This document shows, in pieces, positions 1 to 14,589 of a stretch of DNA of 64,000 nt. The stretch is taken from assembly GCF_009914755.1 (NCBI RefSeq), contig NC_060933.1; one strand, given 5' to 3'. Every line of letters starts with the position of its first letter. The first letter of the stretch is position 1. A program made the position numbers and the translations under genes. The notes under the pieces were generated by a model, which made no database searches, was not told the DNA's origin, and saw nothing but the letters and a program-made list of their open reading frames with translations. Origin of the DNA: the human T2T-CHM13v2.0 reference genome, Homo sapiens.

Positions 1-3000
1 CATTCCATTCCATTCCATTCTATTCCATTCCATTGCAATCGAGTTGAATCCATTGCATTTCATTCCATTCCATTCCATTCCATTCCGGAAGATTCCATTC
101 CATTGCATTCCATTCCATTCCATTCCCCTGCACTCGCGTTGATTCCATTCCATTCCATTCCATTCCATTCCATTCCGTTCCGTTCCGTTCCGTTCCATTC
201 CATTCCATTCCATTCCATTCCGTTCCGTTCCATTCCATTCCATTCCATTCTATTTGGGTTAATTCCATTCCATTCCATTCGATTGCAATCGAGTTGATTC
301 CATTCCATTCCATTCCATTCCATTCCATTCCATTCCATTCCATTCCTATCCATTCCATTATGGATGATTCCATTCCATTGCATTCCATTCCATTCCATTC
401 CCCTGTACTCGTGTTGATTCCATTCCATTCCATTCCATTCCATTCCATTCCCCTGTACTCGGGTTGATTCCATTCCATTCCATTCCAATCCATGCCATTC
501 CACTCGTGTTGATTCCATTCTTTCCATTCCATTCAAGTTGAATCCATTCCATTGCATTGCATTCCATTCGATTCCATTCGATTGCACTGGGGTTGATTCC
601 ATTCCATTCCATTCCATTCCATTCCATTCCATTCTGTTCCATTCCATTCCATTACATTCGTATTGATTCTATTCAATTCCCTTACACTCCATTACATTCC
701 ATTCCATTCGGGTAGTTTCCATTCGATTCCATTCCATTCCTCTCCATTCCATTGCACTCGGGTTGATTCCATTCCATTGCATTCCATTCCATTCCATTCA
801 ATTCCATTCCGTTCCATTCCATTCGGAATGATTCTATTCAACTCCCTTACTCTCCATTACATTCCATTCCATTCGGGTTGTTCCATTCCATTCCATTCCA
901 TTCCACTCCATTCCATTGCACTCGGGTTGACTCCATTCCATTCCATTCCATTCCATTCCGGAAGATTCCATTCCATTGCATTCCATTACATTCCATTCCC
1001 CTGCACTCGCGTTGATTCCATTCCATTCCATTCCATTCCATGCCGTTCCATTCCATTCCTTTCCGATCCATTCCATTCCATTCCATTCCATTCCATTCCG
1101 TTCCGTTCCATTCCATTCCATTCCATTCTATTCGGGTTAATTCCATTCCATTCCATTCGATTGCAATCGAGTTGATTCCATTCCATTCCATTCCATTCCA
1201 TTCCATTCCATTCCATTGCATTCCGGAAGATTCCATTCAATTGCATTCCATTCCATTCCATTCCCCTGCACTCGCGTTGATTCCATTCCATTCCATTCCA
1301 TTCCATTCCATTCCATTCCGTTCCGTTCCGTTCCGTTCCATTCCATTCCATTCCATTCTATTCAGGTTAATTCCATTCCATTCCATTCGATTGCAATCGT
1401 GTTGATTCCATTCCATTCCATTCCATTCCATTCCGTTCCATTCCATTCCATTCCTTTCCATTCCATTACGGATGATTCCATTCCATTGCATTCCATTCCA
1501 TTCCATTCCCATGTACTCGGTTTGATTCCATTCCATTGCATTCCAATCCATGCCCTTCCACTCGTGTTGATTCCATTCTTTCCATTCCATTCAAGTTGAA
1601 TCCATTCCATTGCATTCCATTCCATTCGATTCCATTCGATTGCACTCGGGTTGATTGCATTCCATTGCATTCCATTCCATTCCATTCCATTCCATTCCAT
1701 TCCATTCCGTTCCATTCCATTCTATTACATTCGGATTGATTCTATTCAATTCCCTTACACTCCATTCCATTCCATTCCATTCGGGTAGTTTCCATTCCAT
1801 TCCATTCCATTCCTCTCCATTCCATTGTACTCGGGTTGATTCCATTCCATTGCATTCCATTCCATTCCATTCAATTCCATTCCGTTCCATTCCATTCCAT
1901 TACATTCGGATTGATTCTATTCAACTCCCTTACTCTCTATTACATTCCATTCCATTCGGGCTGTTCCATTCCATTCCATTCCATTCCACTCCATTCCATT
2001 GCATTCGGGTTTATTCCATTCCATTCCATTCCATTCCATTCCATTCCATTCCATTCCGGAAGATTCCATTCCGTTGCATTCCATTCCGTTCCATTCTCCT
2101 GCACTCGCGTTGATTCCATTCCATTCCATTCCATTCCATTCCATTCCATTCCATTCCATTCCTTTCCGTTCCATTCCATTCCATTCCATTCCATTCCGTT
2201 CCGTTCCGTTCCATTCCATTCCATTCCATTCTATTCGGGTTAATTCCATTCCATTCCATTCGATTGCAATCGAGTTGATTCCATTCCATTCCATTCCATT
2301 CCTTTCCATTCCATTACGGATGATTCCGTTCCATTGCATTCCATTCCATTCCATTCCCCTGTACTCGGGTTCATTCCATTCCATTCCATTCCAATCCATG
2401 CCATTCCACTCGTGTTGATTCTATTCTTTCCATTCCATTCAAGTTGGATCCATTCCATTGCATTCCATTCCATTCCATTCCCCTGCAGTCAGGTAGATTC
2501 CATTCCATTCCATTCCATTCCATTCCATTCCATTCCATTCCGTTCCATTCCGTTCCATTCCATTCCATTCCATTCTATTCGGGTTAATTCCATTCCATTC
2601 AAATCCATTCCATTCCATTCCATTCCAATCGAGTTGATTCCATTCCATTCCATTCCATTCCATTCCATTCCACTCCATTCCAGTCCTTTCCATTCCATTC
2701 CACTCGGGTTGATTCCAATGTATTCCTTTCCATTCCATTAAATTCCATTGCAATCGAGTTGATTCCATTTCTTTGCATTCCATTCCATTCCATTCCATTC
2801 CGGATGATTCCATTCCATTGCATTCCATTCCATTCCATTCCCCTGCACTCGGGTTGATTCCATTCCATTCAAATCCATTCCGATCCATTCCATTCCATTC
2901 CATTGTATTTGGGTTAATTCCATTCCATTCCATTCCATTCCATTCCAATCGAGTTGATTCAATTCCATTCCATTCCATTCCATTCCATTCCAGTCCTTTC

Positions 3001-3399
3001 CATTCCATTCCACTCGGGTTGATTCCATTCTATTAGTTTCCATTCCATTCCATTCCCTTCCATTCCACTCTGGTTGATTCCATTCCTTTCCATTCCACTC
3101 GAATACATTCCCTCTTATTCCACTCGGAACGATTCCATTCCATTCCATTCCATTCCATTCCATTCCATTCTATTCCATTCCATTCCATTTCGTTCCATTC
3201 CATTCTATTCCGTATCATTCCATTCCATTCCATTCCATTCCATTCCATTCCACTCGTGTTGATTCCATTCCTTTCCATTCCATTCGGTTTGAAGGCATTC
3301 CATTCCATTCCATTCCATTCCATTCCATTCCATTCCATTCCATTCCATTCCATTTCATTCCATTGTACTCGGGTTGATTGCATTCCATTGCATTCCATT

Positions 3400-6300
3400 C
3401 CATTCCATTCCGTTGCATTCCATTCCATTACATTCGGATTGATTCTATTCAACTCCCTTACTCTCCATTACATTCCATTCCATTCGGGTTGTTCCATTCC
3501 ATTCCATTCCATTCCACTCCATTCCATTGCACTCGGGTTGATTCCATTCCATTCCATTCCGGATGATTCCATTCCATTGCATTCCGTTCCATTACATTCC
3601 CCTGCACTCGGGTTGATTCCATTCCATTCCTTTCCATTCCATTCGATTCCATTCCATTCCCCTGCACTCGCGTTGATTCCATTCCATTCCATTCCATTCC
3701 ATTCCATTCCATTCCGTTCCGTTCCATTCCATTCCATTCCATTCTATTCGGGTTAATTCCATTCCATTCCATTCGATTGCAATCGAGTTGATTCCATTCC
3801 ATTCCATTCCATTCCATTCCATTCCATTCCATTCCATTCCTTTCCATTCCTTTCCATTCTATTACTGATGATTCCATTCCATTGCTTTCCATTCCATTCC
3901 ATTCCCCTGTACTCGGGTTGATTCCATTCCATTCCATTCCAATCCATGCCATTCCACTCGTGTTGATTCCATTCTTTCCTTTCCATTCAAGTTGAATCCA
4001 TTCCATTGCATTCCATTCCATTCGATTCCATTCGATTGCACTCGGGTTGATTCCATTCCATTGCATTCCATTCCACTCCATTCCATTCCATTCCGTTCCA
4101 TTCCATTTCATTACATTCAGATTGATTCTATTCAATTCCCTTACACTCCATTATATTCCTATCCATTCTGGTTGTTTCCATTCCATTCCATTCCATTTCA
4201 CTCCATTCCATTGCACTCGGGTTGATTCCATTCCATTCCATTCCATTGCATTCCATTCCATTCCATTCCGGATGATTCCATTCCATTGCATTACATTCCA
4301 TTCCATTCCCCTGCACTCGGGTTGATTCCATTCCATTCCATTCCATTACATTTCGTTCCATTCCATTCCATTCCATTCGGATTGATTCTATTCAATTCCC
4401 TTACACTCCATTACATTCCATTCCATTCGGGTAGTTTCCATTCCATTCCATTCCATTCCTCTCCATTCCATTGCACTCGGGTTGATTCCATTCCATTCCA
4501 TTCCATTCCATTCCAATACATTCCATTCCATTCCATTCCGTTCCATTGTACTCGGGTTGATTCCATTCCATTGCATTCCATTCCATTCCATTCCATTCCA
4601 TTCCATTCCATTCCATTCCGTTCCATTCCATTACGTTCGGATTGATTCTATTCAACTCCCTTACTCTCCATTACATTCCATTCCATTCGGGTTGTTCCAT
4701 TCCATTCCATTCCATTCCACTCCATTCCATTCCATTCCACTCCATTCCATTGCACTCGGGTTGATTCCATTCCATTCCATTCCATTCCATTCGATTCCAT
4801 TCCATTCCAATTCTTTCCATTCCATTCTATTCCGTTCCATGCCATTCCATTCCATACAATTCCATTCCATTCCGTTCCACTCCGTTCCGTTCCGTTCCGT
4901 TCCGTTCCATTCCATTCCATTCCATTCTATTCGGGTTAATTCCATTCCATTCCATTCGATTGCAATGGGGTTGATTCCATTCCATTCCATTCCATTCCAT
5001 TCCATTCCATTCCATTCCATTCCTTTCCATTCCATTACGGATGATTCCATTCCATTCCATTCCATTCCATTCCATTCCATTCCCCTGTACTCGGGTTGAT
5101 TCCATTCCATTCCATTCCAATCCATGCCATTCCACTCCTGTTGATTCCATTCTTTCCATTCCATTCAAGTTGAATCCATTCCATTGCCTTCCATTCCATT
5201 CCATTCCACTGCAGTCGGGTTGATTCCATTCCTTTCCATTCCATTCCATTCCATTCCATTCCATTCCATTCCGTTCCGTTCCGTTCCATTCCATTCCATT
5301 CCATTCTATTCGGGTTAATTCCATTCCATTCCATTCCATTCCATTCCAATCGAGTTGATTCCATTCCATTCCATTCCATTCCATTCCATTCCACTCCATT
5401 CCAGTCCTTTCCATTGCATTCCACTCGGGTTGATTCCAATGTATTCCTTTCCATTCCATTCCATTCCATTGCAATCGAGTTGATTCCATTGCTTTGCATT
5501 CCATTCCATTCCATTCCATTCCGGATGATTCCATTCCATTGCATTCCATTCCATTCCATTCCCCTGCACTCGGGTTGATTCCATTCCATTCCATTCCATT
5601 CCATTCCATTCCATTCCATACCATTGTACTCGGGTTTATTCAATTCCATTGCATTCCATTCCATTCCATTCCATTCCATTCCGTTGCATTCCATTCCATT
5701 ACATTCGGATTGATTCTATTCAACTCCCTTACTCTCCATTACATTCCATTCCATTTTGGTTGTTCCATTCCATTCCATTCCATTCCACTCCATTCCATTG
5801 CACTCGGGTTGATTCCATTCCATTCCATTCCATTCCATTCCATTCCATTCCGAGTGATTCCATTCCATTGCATTCCTTTCCATTACATTCCCCTGCACTC
5901 GGGTTGATTCCATTTCATTCCATTCCATTCCATTCAATTCCATTCCATTACAATTCGTTCCATTCCATTCTATTCCGTACCATTCCATTCCATTCCATAC
6001 CATTCCATTCCATTCCATTCCATTCCATTCCGTTCCATTCCGTTCCATTCCATTCCATTCCATTCTATTCGGATTAATTCCATTCCATTCCATTCCATTC
6101 CATTCCATTCTATTCCATTCCATTGCAATCGAGTTGAATCCATTGTATTTCATTCCATTCCATTCCATTCCATTCCATTCCGGAAGATTCCATTCCATTG
6201 CATTCCATTCCATTCCATTCCCCTGTACTCGCGTTGATTCCATTCCATTCCATTCCATTCCATTCCGTTCCGTTCCATTCCATTCCATTCCATTCCATTC

Positions 6301-9300
6301 CATTCCGTTCCGTTCCATTCCATTCCATTCCATTCTATTCGGGTTAATTCCATTCCATTCCATTCGATTGCAATCGAGTTGATTCCATTCCATTCCATTC
6401 CATTCCATTCCATTCCATTCCTTTCCATTCCATTACGGATGATTCCATTCCATTGCATTCCATTCCATTCCATTCCCCTGTACTCGAGTTGATTCCATTC
6501 CATTCCATTCCAATCCATGCCATTCCACTCGTGTTGATTCCATTCTTTCCATTCCATTCAAGTTGAATCCATTCCATTGCATTCCATTCCATTCCATTCC
6601 ATTCCATTCCGTTCCATTCCATTCCATTACATTCGGATTGATTCTATTCAATTCCCTTACACTCCATTACATTCCATTCGGGTAGTTTCCATTCCATTCC
6701 ATTCCATTCCTCTCCATTCCATTGCACTCGGGTTGATTCCATTCCATTGCATTCCATTCCATTCCATTCAATTCCATTCCGTTCCATTCCATTCCATTAC
6801 ATTCGGATTGATTCTATTCAACTCCCTTACTCTCCATTACATTCCATTCCATTCGGGTTGTTCCATTCCATTCCATTCCATTCCATTCCACAACATTCCA
6901 TTGCACTCGGGTTGATTCCATTCCATTCCATTCCATTCCATTCCATTCCATTCCATTCCGGAAGATTCCATTCCATTGCATTCCATTCCATTCCATTCCC
7001 CTGCACTCGCGTTGATTCCATTCCATTCCATTCCATTCCATTCCATTCCGTTCCGTTCCATTCCATTCCATTCCATTCTATTCGGGATAATTCCATTCCA
7101 TTCCATTCGATTGCAATCGAGTTGATTCCATTCCATTCCATTCCATTCCATTCCATTCCTTTCCATTCCATTACGGATGATTCCATTCCATTGCATTCCA
7201 TTCCATTCCATTCCCCTGTACTCGGGTTGATTCCATTCCATTCCATTCCAATCCAGTCCATTCCACTCGTGTTGATTCCATTCTTTCCATTCCATTCAAG
7301 TTGAATCCATTCCATTGCATTCCATTCCATTCGATTCCATTCGATTGCACTCGGGTTGATTCCATTCCACTGCATTCCATGCCATTCCATTGCATTCCAT
7401 TCCATTCCATTCCGTTCCATTCCATTCCATTACATTCGGATTGATTCTATTCAATTCCCTTAGACTCCATTACATTCCATACCATTCGGGTAGTTTCCAT
7501 TCCATTCCATTCCATTCCTCTCCATTCCATTGAACTCGGGTTAATTCCATTCCATTCCATTCCATTCCCTTCCATTCAATTCCATTCCGTTCCATTCCAT
7601 TCCATTACATTCGGATTGATTCTATTCAACTCCCTTACTCTCCATTACATTCTATTCCATGCGGGTTGTTCCATTCCATTCAATTCCATTCCACTCCATT
7701 CCATTGCACTCGGGTTTATTCCATTCCATTGCATTCCATTCCATTCCATTCCGGAAGATTCCATTCCATTGCATTCCATTCCATTCCATTCCCCTTCACT
7801 CGCGTTGATTCCATTCCATTCCATTCCATTCCATTCCATTCCGTTCCATTCCATTCCTTTCCTTTCCATTCCATTCCATTCTATTCCATTCCAATCCATT
7901 CCATTCCGTTCCGTTCCGTTCCATTCCATTCCATTCCATTCTATTCGGGTTAATTCCATTCCATTCCGTTCGATTGCAATCGAGTTGATTCCATTCCATT
8001 CCATTCCATTCCATTCCATTCCATTCCTTTCCATTCCATTACGGATGATTCCATTCCATTGCATTCCATTCCATTCCATTCCCCTGTACTCGGGTTGATT
8101 CCATTCCATTCCATTCCAATCCATGCCATTCCACTCGTGTTGATTCCATTCTTTCCATTTCATTCAAGTTGAATCCATTCCTTTGCATTCCATTCCATTC
8201 CATTCCCCTGCAGTCGGGTTGTTTCCATTCCATTCCATTCCATTCCCCTACTGTCGGGTTGTTTCCATTCCATTCCATTCCATTCCATTCCATTCCGTTC
8301 CATTCCATTCCATTCCATTCCTTTCTATTCGGGTTAATTCCATTCCATTCCATTCCATTCCATTCCATTCCATTCCATTCCAATCGAGTTGATTCCATTC
8401 CATTCCATTCCATTCCATTCCACTCCATTCCAGTCCTTTCCATTCCATTCCACTCGGGTTGATTCCAATGTATTCCTTTCCATTCCATTCCATTCCATTG
8501 CAATCGAGTTGATTTCATTGCTTTGCATTCCATTCCATTCCATTCCATTCCGGATGATTCCATTCCATTGCATTCCATTCCATTCCATTCCCCTGCACTC
8601 GGGTTGATTCCATTCCATTCCACTCCATTCCGTTCCATTCCATTCCATTGCATTGTATTCGGGTTAATTCCATTCCATTCCATTCGATTCCATTCCATTC
8701 CATTCCATTCCATTACAATCGAGTTGATTCCATTCCATTCCATTCCATTCCAGTCCTTTCCATTCCATTCCACTCGGGTTGATTCCATTCTATTAGTTTC
8801 CATTCCATTCCATTCCCTTCCATTCCACTCTGGTTGATTCCATTCCTTTCCATCCCACTCGAATACATTCCCTCCTATTCCACTCGGAACGATTCCATTC
8901 CATTCCAATCCATTCCATTCCATTCCATTCCATTCCATTTCGTTCCATTCCATTCTATTCCGTATCATTCCATTCCATTCCATTCCATTCCATTCCCCTG
9001 CAGTCGGGTTGTTTCCATTCCATTCCATTCCCTTCCATTCCATTCCATTCCATTCCATTCCCTTCCGTTCCATTCCATTCCATTCCATTCTATTCGGTTA
9101 ATTCCATTCCATTCCATTCCATTCCATTCAATTCCATTCCATTCCAATCGAGTTGATTCCATTCCATTCCATTCCATTCCATTCCACTCCATTCCAGTCC
9201 TTTCCATTCCATTCCACTCGGGTTGATTCCAATGTATTCCTTTCCATTCCATTCCATTCCATTGCAATCGAGTTGATTCCATTGCTTTGCATTCCATTCC

Positions 9301-12300
9301 ATTCCATTCCATTCCGGATGATTCCATTCCATTGCATTCCATTCCATTCCATTCCTCTCCATTCCATTGCACTCGGGTTGATTCCATTCCATTCCATTCC
9401 ATTCCATTCCATTCCATTACATTACATTCCATTCCGTTCCATTGTACTCGGGTTGATTCCATTCCATTGCATTCCATTCCATTCCATTCCATTCCATTCC
9501 ATTCCATTCCATTCCGTTCCATTCCATTACATTCGGATTGATTCTATTCAACTCCCTTACTCTCCATTACATTCCATTCCATTCGGGTTGTTCCATTCCA
9601 TTCCATTCCATTCCACTCCATTCCATTGCGCTCGGGTTGATTCCATTCCATTCCATTCCATTCCGGATAATTCCATTCCATTGCATTCCGTTCCATTACA
9701 TTCCCCTGCACTCGCGTTGATTTCATTCCATTCCATTCCATTCCATTCAATTGCATTCCATTACAATTCGTTCCATTCCATTCTATTCCGTACCATTCCA
9801 TTCCATTCCATACCATTCCATTCCATTCCATTCCACTCCGTTCCGTTCCGTTCCGTTCTGTTCCGTTCCATTCCATTCCATTCCATTCTATTCGGTTTAA
9901 TTCCATTCCATTCCATTCCATTCCATTCCATTCCATTCTATTCCATTCCATTGCAATCGAGTTGAATCCATTGCATTCCATTCCATTCCATTCCATTCCA
10001 TTCCATTCCGGAAGATTCCATTCCATTGCATTCCATTCCATTCCATTCCATTCCATTGCATTCCATTCCATTCCATTCCATTCCATTCCATTCCATTCCA
10101 TTGTTCTCAGGTTGATTCCATTCCATTGCATTCCATTCCATTCCATTCCATTCCGTTCCATTCCATTCCATTACATTCGGATTGATTCTTTTCAACTCCC
10201 TTACTCTCCATTACATTCCATTCCATTCGGGTTGTTCCATTCCATTCCATTCCATTCCACTCCATTCCATTGCACTCGGGTTGATTCCATTCCATTCCAT
10301 ACCGGATGATTCCATTCCATTGCATTCCGTTCCATTACATTCCCCTGCACTCGGGTTGATTCCATTCCATTCCTTTCCATTCCATTCGATTCCATTCCAT
10401 TCCCCTGCACTCGCGTTAATTCCATTCCATTCCATTCCATTCCATTCCATTCCATTCCTTTCCGTTCCATTCCATTCCATTCCATTCCGTTCCGTTCCAT
10501 TCCATTCCATTCCATTCTATTCGGGTTAATTCCATTCCATTCCATTCGATTTCAATCGAGTTGATTCCATTCCATTCCATTCCATTCGATTGCAATCGAG
10601 TTGATTCCATTCCATTCCATTACCTTCCATTCCATTCCAGTCCTTTCCATTCCTTTCCATTCCATTACTGATGATTCCATTCTATTGCATTCCATTCCAT
10701 TCCATTCCCCTGTACTCGGGTTGATTCCATTCCATTCCATTCCAATCCATGCCATTCCACTCGTGTTGATTCCATTCTTTCCTTTCCATTCAAGTTGAAT
10801 CCATTCCATTGCATTCCATTCCATTCGATTCCATTCGATTGCACTCGGGTTGATTCCATTCCATTGCATTCCATTCCATTCCATTCCATTCCATTCCATT
10901 CCGTTCCATTCCATTTCATTACATTCAGATTGATTCTATTCAATTCCCTTACACTCCATTATATTCCAATCCATTCTGGTTGTTTCCATTCCATTCCATT
11001 CCATTTCACTCCATTCCATTGCACTCGGGTTGATTCCATTCCATTCCACTCCATTGCATTCCATTCCATTCCATTCCGGATGATTCCATTCCATTGCATT
11101 CCATTCCATTCCATTCGTCTGCACTCGGGTTGATTGCATTCCATTCCATTCCATTACATTCCGTTCCATTCCATTCCATTCCATTCGGATTGATTCTATT
11201 CAATTCCCTTACGCTCCATTACATTCCATTCCATTCGGGTAGTTTCCATTCCATTCCATTCCATTCCTCTCCATTCCATTGCACTCGGGTTGATTCCATT
11301 CCATTCCATTCCATTCCATTCCATTACATTACATTCCATTCGTTTCCATTGTACTCGTGTTGTTTCCATTCCATTGCATTCCATTCCATTCCATTCCATT
11401 CCATTCCATTCCATTCCATTCCATTCCATTCCATTCCGTTCCATTCCATTACATTCGGATTGATTCTATTCAACTCCCTTACTCTCCATTACATTCCATT
11501 CCATTCGGGTTGTTCCATTCCATTCCATTCCATTCCACTCCATTCCATTGCACTCGGGTTGATTCCATTCCATTCCATTCCATTCCATTCCATTCCATTC
11601 CATTCCATTCCGGATGATTCCATTCCATTGCATTCCGTTCCATTACATTCCCCTGCACTCGGGTTGATTCCATTCCATTCCATTCCATTCCATTCGATTC
11701 CATTCCATTCCAATTCTTTCCATTCCATTCTATTCCGTACCATGCCTTTCCATTCCATACAATTCCATTCCATTCCATTCCACTCCGTTCCGTTCCATTC
11801 CGTTCCGTTCCGTTCCATTCCATTCCATTCCATTCTATTCGGGTTAATTCCATTCCATTCCATTCGATTGCAAACGAGTTGATTCCCTTCCATTCCATTC
11901 CATTCCATTCCATTCCATTCCTTTCCATTCCATTACGGATGATTCCATTCCATTGCATTCCATTCCATTCCATTCCCCGGTACTCGGGTTGATTCCATTC
12001 CATTCCATTCCAATCCATGCCATTCCACTCGTGTTGATTCCATTCTTTCCATTCCATTCAAGTTGAATCCATTCCATTGCCTTCCATTCCATTCCATTCC
12101 CCTGCAGTCGGGTTGATTCCATTCCATTCCATTCCATTCCATTCCATTCCGTTCCGTTCCATTCCATTCCATTCCATTCTATTCGGGTTAATTCCATTCC
12201 ATTCCATTCCATTCCATTCCATTCCATTCCAGTCGAGTTGATTCCATTCCATTCCATTCCATTCCATTCCACTCCATTCCAGTCCTTTCCATTCCATTCC

Positions 12301-14300
12301 ACTCGGGTTGATTCCAATGTACTCCTTTCCATTCCATTCCATTCCATTGCAATCGAGTTGATTCCATTGCTTTGCATTCCATTCCATTCCATTCCATTCC
12401 GGATGATTCCATTCCATTGCATTCCATTCCATTCCATTCCCCTGCACTCGGGTTGATTCCATTCCATTCCACTCCATTCCATTCCATTCCATTCCATTCC
12501 ATTCCATTTTATTCGGGTTAATTCCATTCCATTCCATTCCATTCCATTCCATTCCATTCCATTACAATCGAGTTGATTCCATTCCATTCCATTCCATTCC
12601 AGTCCTTTCCATTCCATTCCACTCGGGTTGATTCCATTCTATTAGTTTCCATTCCATTCCATTCCCTTCCATTCCACTCTGGTTGATACCATTCCTTTCC
12701 ATTCCACTCGAATACATTCCCTCCTATTCCACTCGAAACGATTCCATTCCATTCCATTCCATTCCATTCCATTCCATTCCATTTCGTTCCATTCCATTCT
12801 ATTCCGTATCTTTCCATTCCATTCCATTCCATTCCATTCCATTCCATTCCATTGTACTCGGGTTGATTCAATTCCATTGCATTCCATTCCATTCCATTCC
12901 ATTCCATTCCATTCCATTCCGGATGATTCCATTCCATTGCATTCCTTTCCATTACATTCCCCTGCACTCGAGTTGATTCCATTCCATTCCATTCCATTCC
13001 ACTCCATTCCATTCCATTGCATTCCATTACAATTAGTTCCATTCCATTCTATTCCGTTCCATTCCATTCCATTCCATACCATTCCATTCCGTTCAATTCC
13101 ATTCCATTCCATTCCATTCCGTTCCATTCCGTTCCATTGCATTCCATTCCATTCTATTCGGATTAATTCCATTCCATTCCATTCCATTCCATTCTATTCC
13201 ATTCCATTGCAATCGAGTTGAATCCATTGCATTTCATTCCATTCCATTCCATTCCATTCCATTCCGGAAGATTCCATTCCATTGCATTCCATTCCATTCC
13301 ATTCCCCTGCACTCGCGTTGATTCCATTCCATTCCATTCCATTCCATTCCGTTCCGTTCCATTCCATTCCATTCCATTCTATTCCATTCCGTTCCGTTCC
13401 ATTCCATTCCATTCCATTCTATTCGGGTTAATTCCATTCCATTCCATTCGATTGCAATCGAGTTGATTCCATTCTATTCCATTCCATTCCATTCCGTTCC
13501 ATTCCATTCCATTCCATTCCGTTGCATTCCATTCCATTACATTCGGATTGATTCTATTCAATTCCCTTACACTCCATTACATTCCATTCCATTCGGGTAG
13601 TTTCCATTCCATTCCATTCCATTCCTCTCCATTCCATTGCACTCGGGTTGATTCCATTCCATTGCATTCCATTCCATTCCATTCAATTCCATTCCTTTCC
13701 ATTCCATTCCATTACATTCGGATTGATTCTATTCAACTCCCTTTCTCTCCATTACATTCGATTCCATTCGGGTTGTTCCATTCCATTCCATTCCATTCCA
13801 CTCCATTCCATTGCACTCGGGTTGATTCCATTCAATTCCATTCCATTCCATTCCATTCCATTCCATTCCATTCCATTCCGGAAGATTCCATTCCATTGCA
13901 TTCCATTCCATTCCATTCCCCTGCACTCACGTTGATTCCATTCCATTCCATTCCATTCCATTCCATTGCATTCCATTCCATTCCATTCCTTTCCGTTCCA
14001 TTCCATTCCATTCCATTCCATTCCATTCCATTCCGTTCCGTTCCGTTCCGTTCCGTTCCATTCCATTCCATTCCATTCTATTCGGGTTAATTCCATTCCA
14101 TTCCATTCGATTGCAATCGAGTTGTTTCCATGCCATTCCATTCCATTCCATTCCATTCCATTCCATTCCATTCTTTTCCATTCCATTCCGTTACGGATGA
14201 TTCCATTCCATTGCATTCCATTCCATTCCATTCCCCTGTACTCAGGTTGATTCCATTCCATTCCATTACAATCCATGCCATTCAACTCGTGTTGATTCCA
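3400..14300 (+). repeat. Degenerate ~6.8-7.1 kb higher-order repeat (about 3.4-7.1 kb vs 10.1-14.3 kb)
   Basis: Rare variants recur in the same order: ttacattcagattg 4111/10919, ttatattcc..tccattctgg ~4151/~10959, catacaattcc 4853/11756, ttcggattaattcc ~6068/~13157. Confidence 0.7.
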
Positions 14301-14589
14301 TTCTTTCCATTCCATTCAAGTTGAATCCATTCCATTGCTTTCCATTCCATTCCATTCCCCTGCAGTCGGGTTGATTCCATTCCATTCCATTCCATTCCAT
14401 TCCATTCCATTTCATTCCGTTCCGTTCCGTTCCGTTCCATTCCATTCCATTCCATTCTATTCGGGTTAATTCCATTCCATTCCATTCCATTCCAATCGAG
14501 TTGATTCTATTCCATTCCATTCCATTCCATTCCACTCCATTCCAGTCCATTCCATTCCACTCCACTCGGGTTGATTCCAATGTATTCCT

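Noticed and set aside
660-680. DUX4-like site in the ttgattctattca module
   Set aside because: At least two mismatches to the TAAYYYAATCA consensus, too weak to call.
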